Positions 17,960-27,852 of a DNA stretch of 64,000 nt are shown here, one piece after another; positions within the stretch are counted from its first letter, which is position 1; every line of letters begins with the position of its first letter. The notes under the pieces are model-generated. The model ran no database searches and was not told where the DNA came from. It worked only from the letters and a program-made list of their open reading frames with translations. This DNA is from Eubacteriales bacterium (lineage in GTDB: Bacteria > Bacillota > Clostridia > Oscillospirales > CAG-272): positions 7,998 through 71,997 of the forward strand of contig JBGVRT010000017.1 in the NCBI GenBank assembly GCA_045128735.1. Reading direction: 5' to 3'. The translations under genes and the position numbers were made by a program.

Positions 17960-18775
17960 TTACAGAGAGTATACAAGGTCGGCTATGACCCCCTCGTTAT
18001 TTGTGCAAAGGCACTTGCTGCATATTGCCTTTACCTCGTCTATGGCGTTTGAAGGGCAGACCGCCACGTCAGCCGCCCTAAGCATTGCAATATCGTTTTC
18101 GTTGTCGCCGCAAGCGTAAACAGTCAGCTCCCTGCCCTGCTTGGCATAAAGCTCCTTGAACGGGTCAATAAGCTTTGCTTTATTGACTCCGACTGTCTGC
18201 AGTTCAAGCTGGATGGCGCTTGAACGGTTATATTCGTAGCGTCCCGCAAACTCTCTTTTCAGTATCTCCTCAAGCTCCACAAGCGTTTGCGCTTCATCTA
18301 CGAACGACAATTTATAAATATTTTCGGAATCCCACTTTTCATAAGGAACACATACAACCGCGTTTATACCGTGGTCACGCAACGATTCTGCCGCTTTTCC
18401 GTCGGGGTCTTCAACCAGGTATCCGTTTCTCGCGCTTCCGCGTATAATTCTCACCATATTTAGATTATGTACAAATTGAACCGTTTTAATTACAAGCTCA
18501 GCGTCTATAAAAGTTTCGCATGACACCTCACGCTTTGAAAAATCGTAAAAATACGTTCCGTTACACATAAGCGCGGGGGCGTTAAGCAGTTTTTCCACGC
18601 CAATAACCGTGTTTTCCAAGCCGTGGTGCATTCTTCCTGTGGAAATAGTAAAAATTCCACCCTCGCTCTTGAAATATTCGATTGCATCAACGTTTCTTTG
18701 CACCATTTTCGAGCCATCCGCAAGAAAGGTTTTATCAAGGTCGGTGAGAATGGCTATATTATCAAATTTTCCCAT
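17960..18775 (-). CDS. Cof-type HAD-IIB family hydrolase
   Basis: DLDKTFL motif I and GDNENDIAML motif IV, with a cap domain between them. Confidence 0.85.
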   Translation of the reverse strand: MGKFDNIAILTDLDKTFLADGSKMVQRNVDAIEYFKSEGGIFTISTGRMHHGLENTVIGVEKLLNAPALMCNGTYFYDFSKREVSCETFIDAELVIKTVQFVHNLNMVRIIRGSARNGYLVEDPDGKAAESLRDHGINAVVCVPYEKWDSENIYKLSFVDEAQTLVELEEILKREFAGRYEYNRSSAIQLELQTVGVNKAKLIDPFKELYAKQGRELTVYACGDNENDIAMLRAADVAVCPSNAIDEVKAICSKCLCTNNEGVIADLVYSL

Positions 18776-18787
18776 TTTTCCTCAAAA

Positions 18788-19753
18788 TTACAAAATCGTT
18801 TTTTCAAGCTTTTCAATAAGCTTTTTCATATCCTCGGGCAGCTCGCACTCAAAGTGCATAAGCTTTCCCGTTTTCGGGTGGGTCAAGCTAAGCTCCTTTG
18901 CGTGGAGACACTGACCGTTTATAAGGTGCTTGTTAGCCGCCTCGAATTGGGTTCTTCCGCCGCCGTAGATGACGTCGCCCACAAGAGGATGACCCTTGTA
19001 CGCCATATGAACGCGTATCTGATGGGTTCTTCCAGTCTCAAGCTCGCATCTGACAAGCGAAAATCCCTTGTAACGTGCAATTACCGTGTAGTGGGTGACG
19101 GCGTTTCTCGCCGTTCCTTGCCCCTCTTTAAGCACAGCCATTTTTTTGCGGTCGGTGGGGTGTCTGCCGATAGGCGCGTCCACCGTTCCCGAGTCCTCCG
19201 CAAAGCTTCCTATTATTATAGCGTAATAAACGCGGCTTACCGCGTGCACCTTAAGCTGTTCGGCAAGCGAATTATGAGCCTCGTCGTTCTTAGCCGCCAC
19301 CAGAAGTCCGCTTGTGTCTTTATCAATTCTATGGACAATTCCGGGGCGCACAACCCCTCCAATGCCCGATAATGACCCCTTACACCTGTACAAAAGTGCG
19401 TTCACAAGTGTTCCGCGCGGATTGCCTGCCGCAGGGTGAACCACCATACCGCAGGGCTTATTTACAACTATTATGTCATCGTCCTCATACACAACGTCAA
19501 GCGGAATATCCTCGGGCTCTGCTCGGTCGGGCTCGGGCTCGGGGAGCTCGATTTCCACCTCGTCGCCTGCGCGAAGCTTATAGTTTTTGGCAATCTCCTT
19601 GCCGTTTACTGTTATGTCTCCGCTTTCCACAAGCTTTGCCGCCGCAGAGCGAGTAAGCTCGCTGTTCTCGGCAACGTAGGCGTCTATCCGCTTTCCAATG
19701 TCTGAAGGCGCAGAATTCAAAATAACACTATCTTCCATATTACTCGTCAGCAT
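18788..19753 (-). CDS. rluD: RluA-family 23S rRNA pseudouridine synthase with S4 domain
   Basis: S4 N-terminus, HRIDKDTSGLL catalytic motif and the lspA-rluD gene order. The start is ambiguous (Met1 at 19753 or Met6 at 19738). Confidence 0.85.
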   Translation of the reverse strand: MLTSNMEDSVILNSAPSDIGKRIDAYVAENSELTRSAAAKLVESGDITVNGKEIAKNYKLRAGDEVEIELPEPEPDRAEPEDIPLDVVYEDDDIIVVNKPCGMVVHPAAGNPRGTLVNALLYRCKGSLSGIGGVVRPGIVHRIDKDTSGLLVAAKNDEAHNSLAEQLKVHAVSRVYYAIIIGSFAEDSGTVDAPIGRHPTDRKKMAVLKEGQGTARNAVTHYTVIARYKGFSLVRCELETGRTHQIRVHMAYKGHPLVGDVIYGGGRTQFEAANKHLINGQCLHAKELSLTHPKTGKLMHFECELPEDMKKLIEKLEKTIL

Positions 19754-20258
19754 TTGGCTTTTCTTGCTTCTTGGCTTTTTCCTCTTTTATAATGTCAATA
19801 AACAAGTAAACAAAGAGGATTGCGGCACCTACGCACACAAAAGCGTCGGCGACGTTAAATATCCAATACCACAAATCGGGAAAAGCACAAAAGTCCAAAA
19901 AGTCAACCACAGTACCGTTGCCAAAGCCCTCACCGTAAAAGAGGCGGTCTATCATATTTCCGATACCTCCGCCCGCTATCATAGCGGCAGGAATATAAAT
20001 AAGCTTTTGCTGTGGTCGGTACTTTACAAGATAGAAGATTATACCCGCTATCATCACCGTAGACACCACCATAAACACCCAACGGTTATTGCTGAAGCTG
20101 CCGAAGGAGGCACCGGGGTTTCTGATATAGGTAAAATTAAAAACATTTTTTATAAAGGGTATCGACTCGCCAAGCTCCATATTAAGCATAACTATCCACT
20201 TAGTAAGCTGGTCGAGGGCGACAACCCCGAAAATTATCAAAAAACTGATTAAAAGCAT
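19740..20258 (-). CDS. lspA: lipoprotein signal peptidase II
   Basis: DQLTKW, NPGASFG, IGNMIDR and VVDFLDF motifs with four TM segments. Confidence 0.9.
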   Translation of the reverse strand: MLLISFLIIFGVVALDQLTKWIVMLNMELGESIPFIKNVFNFTYIRNPGASFGSFSNNRWVFMVVSTVMIAGIIFYLVKYRPQQKLIYIPAAMIAGGGIGNMIDRLFYGEGFGNGTVVDFLDFCAFPDLWYWIFNVADAFVCVGAAILFVYLFIDIIKEEKAKKQEKPNADE

Positions 20259-20269
20259 AAAAACCTCTT

Positions 20270-20345
20270 AAAAAATGGGACTGTTTTGCGCCGTGGCAAA
20301 CCAAGATACAAAATCTGATTTTTACCTATATACAAAACAGTCCCG
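20270..20345 (-). terminator. long-loop hairpin + U-run between ileS and lspA (terminator/attenuator)
   Basis: Perfect 12-bp stem gggactgttttg / caaaacagtccc (20278-20289 with 20334-20345) and a 44-nt loop. On the minus strand it is followed by ATTTTTT, then the lspA SD. Confidence 0.4.
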
Positions 20346-20385
20346 TTGTCGGGCAAACGCCCTATAATGCGGCAACGCCGCGGTT

Positions 20386-23181
20386 TTAGCCTTCGATTAC
20401 CGCCTTACACTTAGCGCAAATGAAGCCGCCATCCTCGGTTGCCTCACCCTCGGTGGAGTAAGCCCAGCATCTGTCACACTTGTGACCGTCAGCCTGCTCA
20501 ACAAGCACAGCGATACCCGAATCGGTCTCGCTGAACGCCTTTTCATCAGCCTTACCGTTAACAAGCTTTACGCCCGAAGTGATGTAAACCGTAGCAAGCT
20601 CGTCCTCGAACTCCTTGAGAAGCGCATAGATCTCGGCATTTTCCGCGTAAATGGTAAGCTTTGCGTCAAGCGACTTACCGATAAGCTTGTCTGCACGCGC
20701 AAGCTCAAGCGCCTTCATAACGTCGTCGCGGAGCTCAAACTGCTTATCCCACTTCTCAACAAGCTCGCTGAAGCAATATGCCTCGTTATACTCGGGCATA
20801 TCGTTGAGGAACACGCTTTCCTTCTTATCAGCAGATGCGTGGGGCATTGCCTGCCAGATCTCTTCACCCGTGAAGGCGATGAGAGGAGCAACAAGCTTTG
20901 TAAGTCCGTTAAGAACAAGGTACATTGCGCTCTGCGCCGAACGGCGTGCAAATCCGTCCTGCTTGCCTGTGTAAACTCTGTCTTTGGTAATATCGATATA
21001 AAGCTTAGAAAGATTGATAGTACAGAAATTATTGATTTCGTGGTAAACGATGTGGAATTCGAAATCGTCGTAAGCCTTTCTCGAAATTCTTGTAAGCTCA
21101 TTAAACTTGGCAAGGATCCACTTGTCAATATCGTACATCTCCTCAACCTTAACCATATCGGTATCCGGGTTGAAGTCGTTAAGGTTAGCCATAATGATTC
21201 TGGCTGTGTTTCTTATCTTTCTGTACGCCTCGGAAAGCTGCTTGAATATATTGTCCGAAGCGCGGACGTCAACTCTGTAATCGCTGGATGCAACCCAAAG
21301 TCTTACAAGGTCAGCGCCGTACTTAGCAATCATATCGGAGGGGTAAACCGAGTTACCGAGAGACTTGTGCATTGCCTTACCCTCGCCGTCAACAACCCAA
21401 CCGTGGGTGAGAACGGTCTTATAGGGTGCGCCCTTGCCTTTTGCGCCTACCGCGGTAAGGAGCGATGACTGGAACCAGCCTCTGTACTGGTCAGCACCCT
21501 CAAGGTAGAGGTCTGCGGGCCAGGTCTTATCCTCGTCGCTGAGTGACACGAAATGGCTGGAGCCCGAGTCGAACCAACCGTCAAGGGTATTGGACTCCTT
21601 ATTGAACTTATCAGCTCCGCAATGGGGGCACTTGAAGCCTGCGGGAAGAAGCTCGGAGGTCTCGAGATCGTACCAGCAGTTAGAGCCCTTTTCGCCAAAG
21701 AGCTTAGCAATATTTTCTATAGTTTCGTCGTTACAAATAGGCTTTCCGCACTCCTCGCAGTAAACAACAGGAATAGGAAGCCCCCAATGACGCTGACGGG
21801 AAATACACCAGTCCGCACGGTCACGCACCATCTGCTTGATGCGGTCTCCGCCCCACTCGGGAAGCCACTGAACGTTCTCGCAAGCCTCAGCAGCCGCGTC
21901 CTTAAACGCCTCTACCGAGCAGAACCACTGAGGTGTTGCGCGGAAGATAATGGGATTCTTACATCTCCAGCAGTGAGGATATTCGTGCTCGATCTCCTTG
22001 CTTGCGAAGAGCGCGCCGCTTTCCTTCATATCAGCGAGAATCGCCTCGTTAGAGTCAGCATAGTACATTCCCGCAAACTTACCTGCGTCGCTTGTCTGAT
22101 ATCCCTTATCATCAACGGGAACGATTACGTCGATATTATATCTGCGGCAGGTGATATAGTCGTCAGCACCGAAGCCGGGAGCTGTATGAACGCAGCCCGT
22201 ACCGCTGTCCATAGTTACGTAATCGGCATTTACGATGATGCTTTCACGGTCAATGAAGGGGTGAATTGCCTTCATAAACTCGAAGTCAGCACCGGGTCTT
22301 GTAGCGAGAACCTCATAGTTCTCAATTCCGCCCTCCTCCATAGTCTTAGGAAGAAGCGCCTCTGCCACGATATAGCACTCGCCGTTATCAGCCTTAACCA
22401 CAACGTAGTTCTCGGTGGGGTTAAGAGCTATGGCAAGGTTGCCGGGAAGAGTCCACGTAGTAGTGGTCCATATAATAAAGTAGGTATTTTCAAGGTCGCA
22501 AACAGAGGAAAGAAGTCCCTTATCGTCCTTAACTCTGAATTTAACGTAGATAGAGGTACACTTATCGGTCTTATACTCGATTTCAGCCTCTGCAAGAGCC
22601 GTTTCATCCTTGGGGCACCAATAAACAGGCTTAAGACCCTTATAGATATAGCCCTTCTTGTACATCTCGCCGAACACCTTTACCTCGGTAGCCTCGAACT
22701 TAGGTGCCATTGTGAGGTAAGGATGCTCCCAATCAGCAACGAGACCAAGTCTCTTGAACTGGTCTGCCTGCTTGTCCACAAAGCCCTGAGCGAACGCCTC
22801 GCATGCAGAGCGGAACTCGGAGATAGACATCTTCTTGCGGTCAAGCTTATTCTTCTTTATAATGGCCGACTCGATGGGCATTCCGTGGTTATCCCAACCG
22901 GGAATGTAGGAAATCTTGTATCCCGACATCGACTTATATTTATTGATGAAATCCTTAAGGACCTTGTTAAGGGCGTGACCCATATGGATATCGCCGTTTG
23001 AGAAGGGAGGTCCGTCGTGAAGGATGTAGAGGGGCTTGCCCTCATTGTTTTCGAGCATCTTATTGTACAGGTCAATCGATTCCCAATACTTGAGCATCTC
23101 AGGCTCGCGCTGAGGAAGATTTGCTCTCATTGCAAATTCGGTACGGGGGAGATTAAGTGTACTCGTGTAATCCTTTGGCAT
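20386..23181 (-). CDS. ileS: isoleucine--tRNA ligase
   Basis: 931 aa with HMGH, KMSKS-type (KMHKSLGN), the CP1 editing domain and a C-terminal zinc-binding CxxC pair. Confidence 0.95.
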   Translation of the reverse strand: MPKDYTSTLNLPRTEFAMRANLPQREPEMLKYWESIDLYNKMLENNEGKPLYILHDGPPFSNGDIHMGHALNKVLKDFINKYKSMSGYKISYIPGWDNHGMPIESAIIKKNKLDRKKMSISEFRSACEAFAQGFVDKQADQFKRLGLVADWEHPYLTMAPKFEATEVKVFGEMYKKGYIYKGLKPVYWCPKDETALAEAEIEYKTDKCTSIYVKFRVKDDKGLLSSVCDLENTYFIIWTTTTWTLPGNLAIALNPTENYVVVKADNGECYIVAEALLPKTMEEGGIENYEVLATRPGADFEFMKAIHPFIDRESIIVNADYVTMDSGTGCVHTAPGFGADDYITCRRYNIDVIVPVDDKGYQTSDAGKFAGMYYADSNEAILADMKESGALFASKEIEHEYPHCWRCKNPIIFRATPQWFCSVEAFKDAAAEACENVQWLPEWGGDRIKQMVRDRADWCISRQRHWGLPIPVVYCEECGKPICNDETIENIAKLFGEKGSNCWYDLETSELLPAGFKCPHCGADKFNKESNTLDGWFDSGSSHFVSLSDEDKTWPADLYLEGADQYRGWFQSSLLTAVGAKGKGAPYKTVLTHGWVVDGEGKAMHKSLGNSVYPSDMIAKYGADLVRLWVASSDYRVDVRASDNIFKQLSEAYRKIRNTARIIMANLNDFNPDTDMVKVEEMYDIDKWILAKFNELTRISRKAYDDFEFHIVYHEINNFCTINLSKLYIDITKDRVYTGKQDGFARRSAQSAMYLVLNGLTKLVAPLIAFTGEEIWQAMPHASADKKESVFLNDMPEYNEAYCFSELVEKWDKQFELRDDVMKALELARADKLIGKSLDAKLTIYAENAEIYALLKEFEDELATVYITSGVKLVNGKADEKAFSETDSGIAVLVEQADGHKCDRCWAYSTEGEATEDGGFICAKCKAVIEG

Positions 23182-23230
23182 AATTCTGCTGTCTCCTTTA
23201 TACTATACGCCATGCGTAATTTTACTTAAT

Positions 23231-24034
23231 TTATATATATTTACTCGCCACAAGGCGAAGTCTGCCTTTTTTAGTCTGCTCGGAAAGTCCCGTGACTATA
23301 AATTTTCCATAGCCGCGAACGCTTATAATCGAGCCCTCGGAAACACCTCTGTCGGGGCGCTCCTCAACGAAATAGTCAAGCTCGGCAAGTCCTGCGCGGA
23401 TAGCCGTCTGTGCCTTTTCGCGCGAAAGTCCCGTAAGCGCCGACACCACGCAATCAAAACGCGCCGATGCAACCGTATCGCTTATGGGCTGAAGCTTGGG
23501 CGCGTTGGAAAAACCGTCGGGCACGTCAAAATGCTCAACCTTTACGCTGTCGCTTCCTATCCTTTTTAACTCAAGCAGTATAAATTCCGCGATTTTGGGG
23601 TCGCAGAAAACCACCGCCGAAAAATCGTCAAGCACCGCAATATCCCCAACCACATCGCGCTCGACCCCAAGCCCAAGAAGTGAGCCCAGGTAATCGCGGT
23701 GGCTAAGCTTGCGGTACCCGCTTCCTTTTATTTTCACAGCGCTCACCGACTCGTAGGCAAGCTCCGCGAAATTTTCCTTTACGCTGTGTGCGCCGTATCC
23801 GCCCTCCACAGCCATATAATCGGGCAGGGTGTAAAGCCGATTTCTCTCGCTGCCGTCATAGCCGCCGAAAAAGAAGCTTACGCACCGAACCTTTTTTTGC
23901 GCAAGAATATTCCTTGCAATTATCTGCTCCTTTGGAGTCAAAAATGCGCTGAAGCCCGCAACGTACCTTTCGGCACGCTCGGCAAGCTCGGAGATTTTTG
24001 CCTCAAAGAGCGCATCTGCCGCGTCGTTTCTCAT
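23231..24034 (-). CDS. ylmH: YlmH-like S4-domain RNA-binding protein
   Basis: 267 aa with a C-terminal S4 domain, in the ylm gene order yggS-sepF-yggT-ylmH. Confidence 0.7.
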   Translation of the reverse strand: MRNDAADALFEAKISELAERAERYVAGFSAFLTPKEQIIARNILAQKKVRCVSFFFGGYDGSERNRLYTLPDYMAVEGGYGAHSVKENFAELAYESVSAVKIKGSGYRKLSHRDYLGSLLGLGVERDVVGDIAVLDDFSAVVFCDPKIAEFILLELKRIGSDSVKVEHFDVPDGFSNAPKLQPISDTVASARFDCVVSALTGLSREKAQTAIRAGLAELDYFVEERPDRGVSEGSIISVRGYGKFIVTGLSEQTKKGRLRLVASKYI

Positions 24035-24321
24035 CGCAACACCATTGCGCCAAAGCCCGAAAGCAGCTCCTGAACTATATTAAGGAGCATAAACGCTATC
24101 AGAAACGAAAAATCGACGGGCGAATTTCTGAAAACGGGAAAAAGCTCAAAAAACGCTCTTACGGGAGCTATTACGGGCTCGGTTATCATATAGACCACGT
24201 CAAGCCACGCGCCGTCAAGCTCGGGAATCCATGAAGTGATAGCGCGAATAAGCATTGCAATATTCACAGCCCCGAGAATCAGCATAGCGATCCGCGCAAG
24301 CAAATACAAAATATTTTCCAC
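24031..24321 (-). CDS. yggT: YggT (YlmG) family membrane protein
   Basis: 96 aa, two TM segments, GTG start with GAGGAGG SD, in the division-cluster context. Confidence 0.8.
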   Translation of the reverse strand: MENILYLLARIAMLILGAVNIAMLIRAITSWIPELDGAWLDVVYMITEPVIAPVRAFFELFPVFRNSPVDFSFLIAFMLLNIVQELLSGFGAMVLR

Positions 24322-24386
24322 GCCAATCCTCCTCGTAAAACGCGTGCGAAACGCCCGACAGTAACTGTCAAAAGCGTTTATTCAAA

Positions 24387-24821
24387 TTACTCCTCGGAAG
24401 CTCCCTCGTCCTCAGCCACGTCACTCTCAATTCCAACGTTGTTGGGAGTAGCAACGAAGGTGGTCTTGGAAACCTGCTTCATATTGCCCTCGATGATGTA
24501 GAGAACGCCCTGAAGATAGTCCATAAATCTGATGATATCAGACTCCTCAAGCTCCTCGATGTTAAGAACCACAGAGCTGCCTGCCTTAAGATAGTCGGCA
24601 ACCTTTACAACCTCTCCAAGGCTCTTGGGTGTGATAAGCTTAAGAGTAACAGCCGACTCGTTGATACCCGAGAAGGTACCGTTGTCGTTCTCTTCCTCTA
24701 CCTCGGGCTCCTCGTCGATTACAGACGTGCCGCCCCACGGAATAGTCTCGTCACCGCCGATGGTTATGATATCGTCGATGTCTTCCTGATCTTTTTTCTT
24801 GAAATTGAAATTAATAGCCAT
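24387..24821 (-). CDS. sepF: cell division protein SepF
   Basis: 144 aa with an acidic linker and a conserved C-terminal domain (VVLNIEELE...RFMDYLQG..Y...G). Confidence 0.85.
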   Translation of the reverse strand: MAINFNFKKKDQEDIDDIITIGGDETIPWGGTSVIDEEPEVEEENDNGTFSGINESAVTLKLITPKSLGEVVKVADYLKAGSSVVLNIEELEESDIIRFMDYLQGVLYIIEGNMKQVSKTTFVATPNNVGIESDVAEDEGASEE

Positions 24822-24858
24822 TTCAAACCTCCAAAATTTTTGTTTATATATTCATTAT

Positions 24859-25257
24859 TTATCTTTCAAATTCAGCGATAACCTCAGAGTTACCGTAGAC
24901 AACAATATTACCGAGTCTCACACACCTGCCGTTTTCGGTATTATCCATAAACTCAGCGCGGTTTTCGGCAAAAGCCACCGCGTCGGCTTCAAGCTCAAAT
25001 TCGTAAACGTACGTCCAAACAAGCGTGGGCGGAGCGGTTTCCTTTTTCATAATATGCACAATTTCGAGAATGTCGCCTTCAAGCGTCAGCTTCCTTTTTA
25101 TCTCGGTAATTTCCAAATCACCGTAAACGTCGGCATAATAAAGCTCTTCGTCAAAGCTCATTACCACGTCAAGCACGGACACCTCTGCTTCTTTTCCGCA
25201 GGAAGCAAGAGTAAGAACCATTACAAGCGCCGACAAAAAACAAAGCAATCGTTTCAT
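24859..25257 (-). CDS. small lipoprotein of unknown function
   Basis: Signal peptide plus lipobox LASCG and a good SD. It is inserted between sepF and yggS. Confidence 0.6.
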   Translation of the reverse strand: MKRLLCFLSALVMVLTLASCGKEAEVSVLDVVMSFDEELYYADVYGDLEITEIKRKLTLEGDILEIVHIMKKETAPPTLVWTYVYEFELEADAVAFAENRAEFMDNTENGRCVRLGNIVVYGNSEVIAEFER

Positions 25258-25272
25258 AACGTTCTCCTTTCT

Positions 25273-25965
25273 CTATTTCACAAAAAGTCTGCTTCCTACC
25301 CTCACAAGAGTTGAGCCGCAGGCAATAGCCTGCTCAAAGCTTCCGCTCATACCCATTGAAAGTATGGGCTTTTCGGTTCTTCCGAGCTTATTGTGCCATA
25401 TGTCGAGGGCAAGCTCGCGCATTTCGGTGAAATATCCGATATACTCGCTTTTGTCCTCGCACTTGGGCGCCATTGTCATAAATCCGCAAAGCTCTATATT
25501 TTCAAACTGGGAAAGCTCTTTGCAAAGTGCCGCCGCGTCCTCGGGCATTACGCCGTCCTTGTTTTCCTCGCGTCCGCTGTTTATCTCTACAAGCACCTTC
25601 ATTTTAATGCCGTGCTTTTTTGCCTGCGAGTCAATTTCTCGGGCAAGCTTCAAGGAGTCAAGAGAGTGAATCATAGAAACCTTGTCGATGATGTATTTTA
25701 CCTTGTTGGTCTGCAGGTGACCGATAAAGTGGATATTAAGTCCGTCTCTGTCAAGTGCATCGTAGCGCGAAAGAAGCTGTTGAACTCGGTTTTCGCCCAC
25801 ATCGTTCACGCCTAATTGGCGGTGGATGTAGTTTACCTCACCAACCTCCGCGCTCTTTATCGCCGCAAGCATAAGCACGTCGCAGTCACGTTCCGACTTG
25901 GCGCAAGCCGCCTCGATAGCCGCCCTGACCTCGCCTATATTTTTATCAAGATATGAGTAATCCAT
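25273..25965 (-). CDS. yggS: YggS/YlmE family pyridoxal-phosphate homeostasis protein
   Basis: 230 aa with AIKSA..., HFIGHLQTNK and SMGMSGSF motifs. Confidence 0.9.
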   Translation of the reverse strand: MDYSYLDKNIGEVRAAIEAACAKSERDCDVLMLAAIKSAEVGEVNYIHRQLGVNDVGENRVQQLLSRYDALDRDGLNIHFIGHLQTNKVKYIIDKVSMIHSLDSLKLAREIDSQAKKHGIKMKVLVEINSGREENKDGVMPEDAAALCKELSQFENIELCGFMTMAPKCEDKSEYIGYFTEMRELALDIWHNKLGRTEKPILSMGMSGSFEQAIACGSTLVRVGSRLFVK

Positions 25966-26018
25966 AGTCCGACTTATACCTCAAGCAATAGTTATCAGTT
26001 TATTATATCACACTTTTA

Positions 26019-26969
26019 TCAAAATTGAAAGACCTTTTTTGCATTTTTTACACTTTTTTCAAATGTTTTTTCATCAAACGGCGCTTCAATCTCAATTTTT
26101 TGCACGTAATCCTTGGCAAAAAACCAAGTGCACTGTCTTTTGGCGTATCTTCGGGTCGCCATTTTCAAATCTTCAATCGCCGCCTCAAGGCTCATTTCGC
26201 CGCGAAGATAGCCGAGAAATTCCTTGTAACCGATTGCCCCCGATGTGGTTTTGGATCGTTCGAAAACTCCCTCGCTCTCAAGGGCGCGCACCTCGTCAAG
26301 CAGACCTTCCTCCACCATCATATCCACGCGCTTGTTTATTCTATCGTAAAGCACCTGCCTATCGGGATAGAAAAGCCCCACGGCAAGCGGCTCGTATTTG
26401 CCGTCAAGAGAGCTGTTTTCCCTGTCAAGCTCGCTCTTTTTCCGTCCGCTTGTGCGGTATATTTCAAGGGCGCGGATAACGCGCTTGGTGTTGTTCATAT
26501 GGATAGCCGCCGCGCTTTCGGGGTCAACCTGCGCAAGCATAGAATGGAGCTTTTCCGCACCATCTCTCTCAAGCAAGGCGCAAAGCTCGGCGCGGTAGTC
26601 CTCGTCGCTGTCGGCAATTTCGGGCAGACCGCCGCGAAGAAGTGCATCAAGGTAAAGTCCCGTGCCTCCGCAGATTATGGGCGTTTTGTCCCGCGAAATT
26701 ATGTCATCTATAGATTTTTCCGCAAGCCGCGCGTAGTCGGCACAGGAGAAATTCTCCCACGGCTCAACAACATCTATCATATGATGACGGACTCGGCTCA
26801 TTTCTTCCTCGGTGGGCTTTGCCGTGCCGATATTCATACGCCTGTATATCTGCATCGAATCGCAGGAAACTATCTCGCCGCCGACTTCTTCGGCAATTGC
26901 AAGCGCAAGCGCAGACTTGCCGCTTGCCGTAGGACCTACGACTATGGGCAGTTTTATTCTGTTTGGCAA
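26019..26969 (-). CDS. miaA: tRNA dimethylallyltransferase
   Basis: TTG start with AGGAGG SD, P-loop GPTASGKS, and DSMQIYR and GGTGLY motifs. Confidence 0.9.
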   Translation of the reverse strand: MPNRIKLPIVVGPTASGKSALALAIAEEVGGEIVSCDSMQIYRRMNIGTAKPTEEEMSRVRHHMIDVVEPWENFSCADYARLAEKSIDDIISRDKTPIICGGTGLYLDALLRGGLPEIADSDEDYRAELCALLERDGAEKLHSMLAQVDPESAAAIHMNNTKRVIRALEIYRTSGRKKSELDRENSSLDGKYEPLAVGLFYPDRQVLYDRINKRVDMMVEEGLLDEVRALESEGVFERSKTTSGAIGYKEFLGYLRGEMSLEAAIEDLKMATRRYAKRQCTWFFAKDYVQKIEIEAPFDEKTFEKSVKNAKKVFQF

Positions 26970-27029
26970 GATATCACCTCCTGTTTGTTTGCTGTATAAA
27001 TTGTATCACGATATTATATTTTTGTCAAT

Positions 27030-27055
27030 AAAAACCCCCGAGAAAATCTCGGGGG
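27030..27055 (-). terminator. intrinsic terminator after the 27064 gene
   Basis: Minus strand cccccgagattttctcggggg followed by TTTT. Confidence 0.7.
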
Positions 27056-27063
27056 AAAAATCA

Positions 27064-27684
27064 TTAACCAAGAAACACGTTTTTCCAAATTTTATCAAAA
27101 TCAGGAAGAAGCCCCGGCGTATGAGCCTGTGCGGCACCTGCGGTTGCCACAGTAGTATCCTGTACAAACTTCAAAAACTCTTTTCTGCGTTTTAATTCTT
27201 CTTCACTTTCGGGGCGTGCCTTTCTTTGTTCCTGCTTTTGTTCTTTCTTTTCCTTCTGAATATCATCGTACATTTTCCGATAAGTATCCAGCATTTGATT
27301 CAGCGTTTCCTCGCGTTGAGCGAACACTTTACAAATTTCAGAAACTTGGTCATCGCTAAGCTGTGCTTCGGCATCTTCTCCGCGTGCGTCGTAAAGGGCT
27401 TCGCCAAGTCGATGAAGCGACGTAGTTGAAACCATTTCCGTCAACTGCTTCTGAAGCAAAACAATTTGGTTAAATACTTCTTTTTCGCTTATTGTATCTT
27501 TTGTATTTGTATTTTCTGACATTTCTTTATCCTCCAAATATTCATTCGGCGGACACGCAAGGCATATTTTGTTTTCGTCTACGAAGCGTGCCCTGCCGTT
27601 TTTAACAAGCCCCTTCGCCCTTTTGGGGTAGGTCGCTCCATATTCATTTCCCTGCTCGTCAACTACAATAACGTTTTTTTCCAT
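27064..27684 (-). CDS. hypothetical protein (charged coiled-coil-like, no recognised domain)
   Basis: Start at MEKNVIVVDEQ with AGGGGGAG SD. It has its own promoter and terminator and a KE-rich central region. Confidence 0.6.
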   Translation of the reverse strand: MEKNVIVVDEQGNEYGATYPKRAKGLVKNGRARFVDENKICLACPPNEYLEDKEMSENTNTKDTISEKEVFNQIVLLQKQLTEMVSTTSLHRLGEALYDARGEDAEAQLSDDQVSEICKVFAQREETLNQMLDTYRKMYDDIQKEKKEQKQEQRKARPESEEELKRRKEFLKFVQDTTVATAGAAQAHTPGLLPDFDKIWKNVFLG

Positions 27685-27762
27685 GGGTGTCTCCCCCTTT
27701 GTATCAAGCAAATTTGTGAATTGCGTTTTTTGTTATGGGTGCCGTCCCCGATTCACAGCTTT

Positions 27763-27791
27763 ATTTTAGCATAAAAGGATTGATTTGTCAA
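27763..27791 (-). promoter_or_regulatory. sigma-A type promoter of the 27064 gene
   Basis: Minus strand TTGACA, 17 nt spacer, TAAAAT. Confidence 0.7.
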
Positions 27792-27852
27792 CAATAACTT
27801 CTATATAATTTCTATTTCACCAATTGGCATTGTTGCACAATATAATCGGTAA

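Noticed and set aside
20482-23001. 328-aa and 482-aa + strand ORFs inside ileS, with similar cases at 9896-10771, 26025-26999, 43538-44494, 45226-46467, 50571-51518, 55233-55967 and 37231-37842
   Set aside because: All lie antisense within confidently identified genes and reflect codon bias. None has an SD or promoter context or recognisable motifs.
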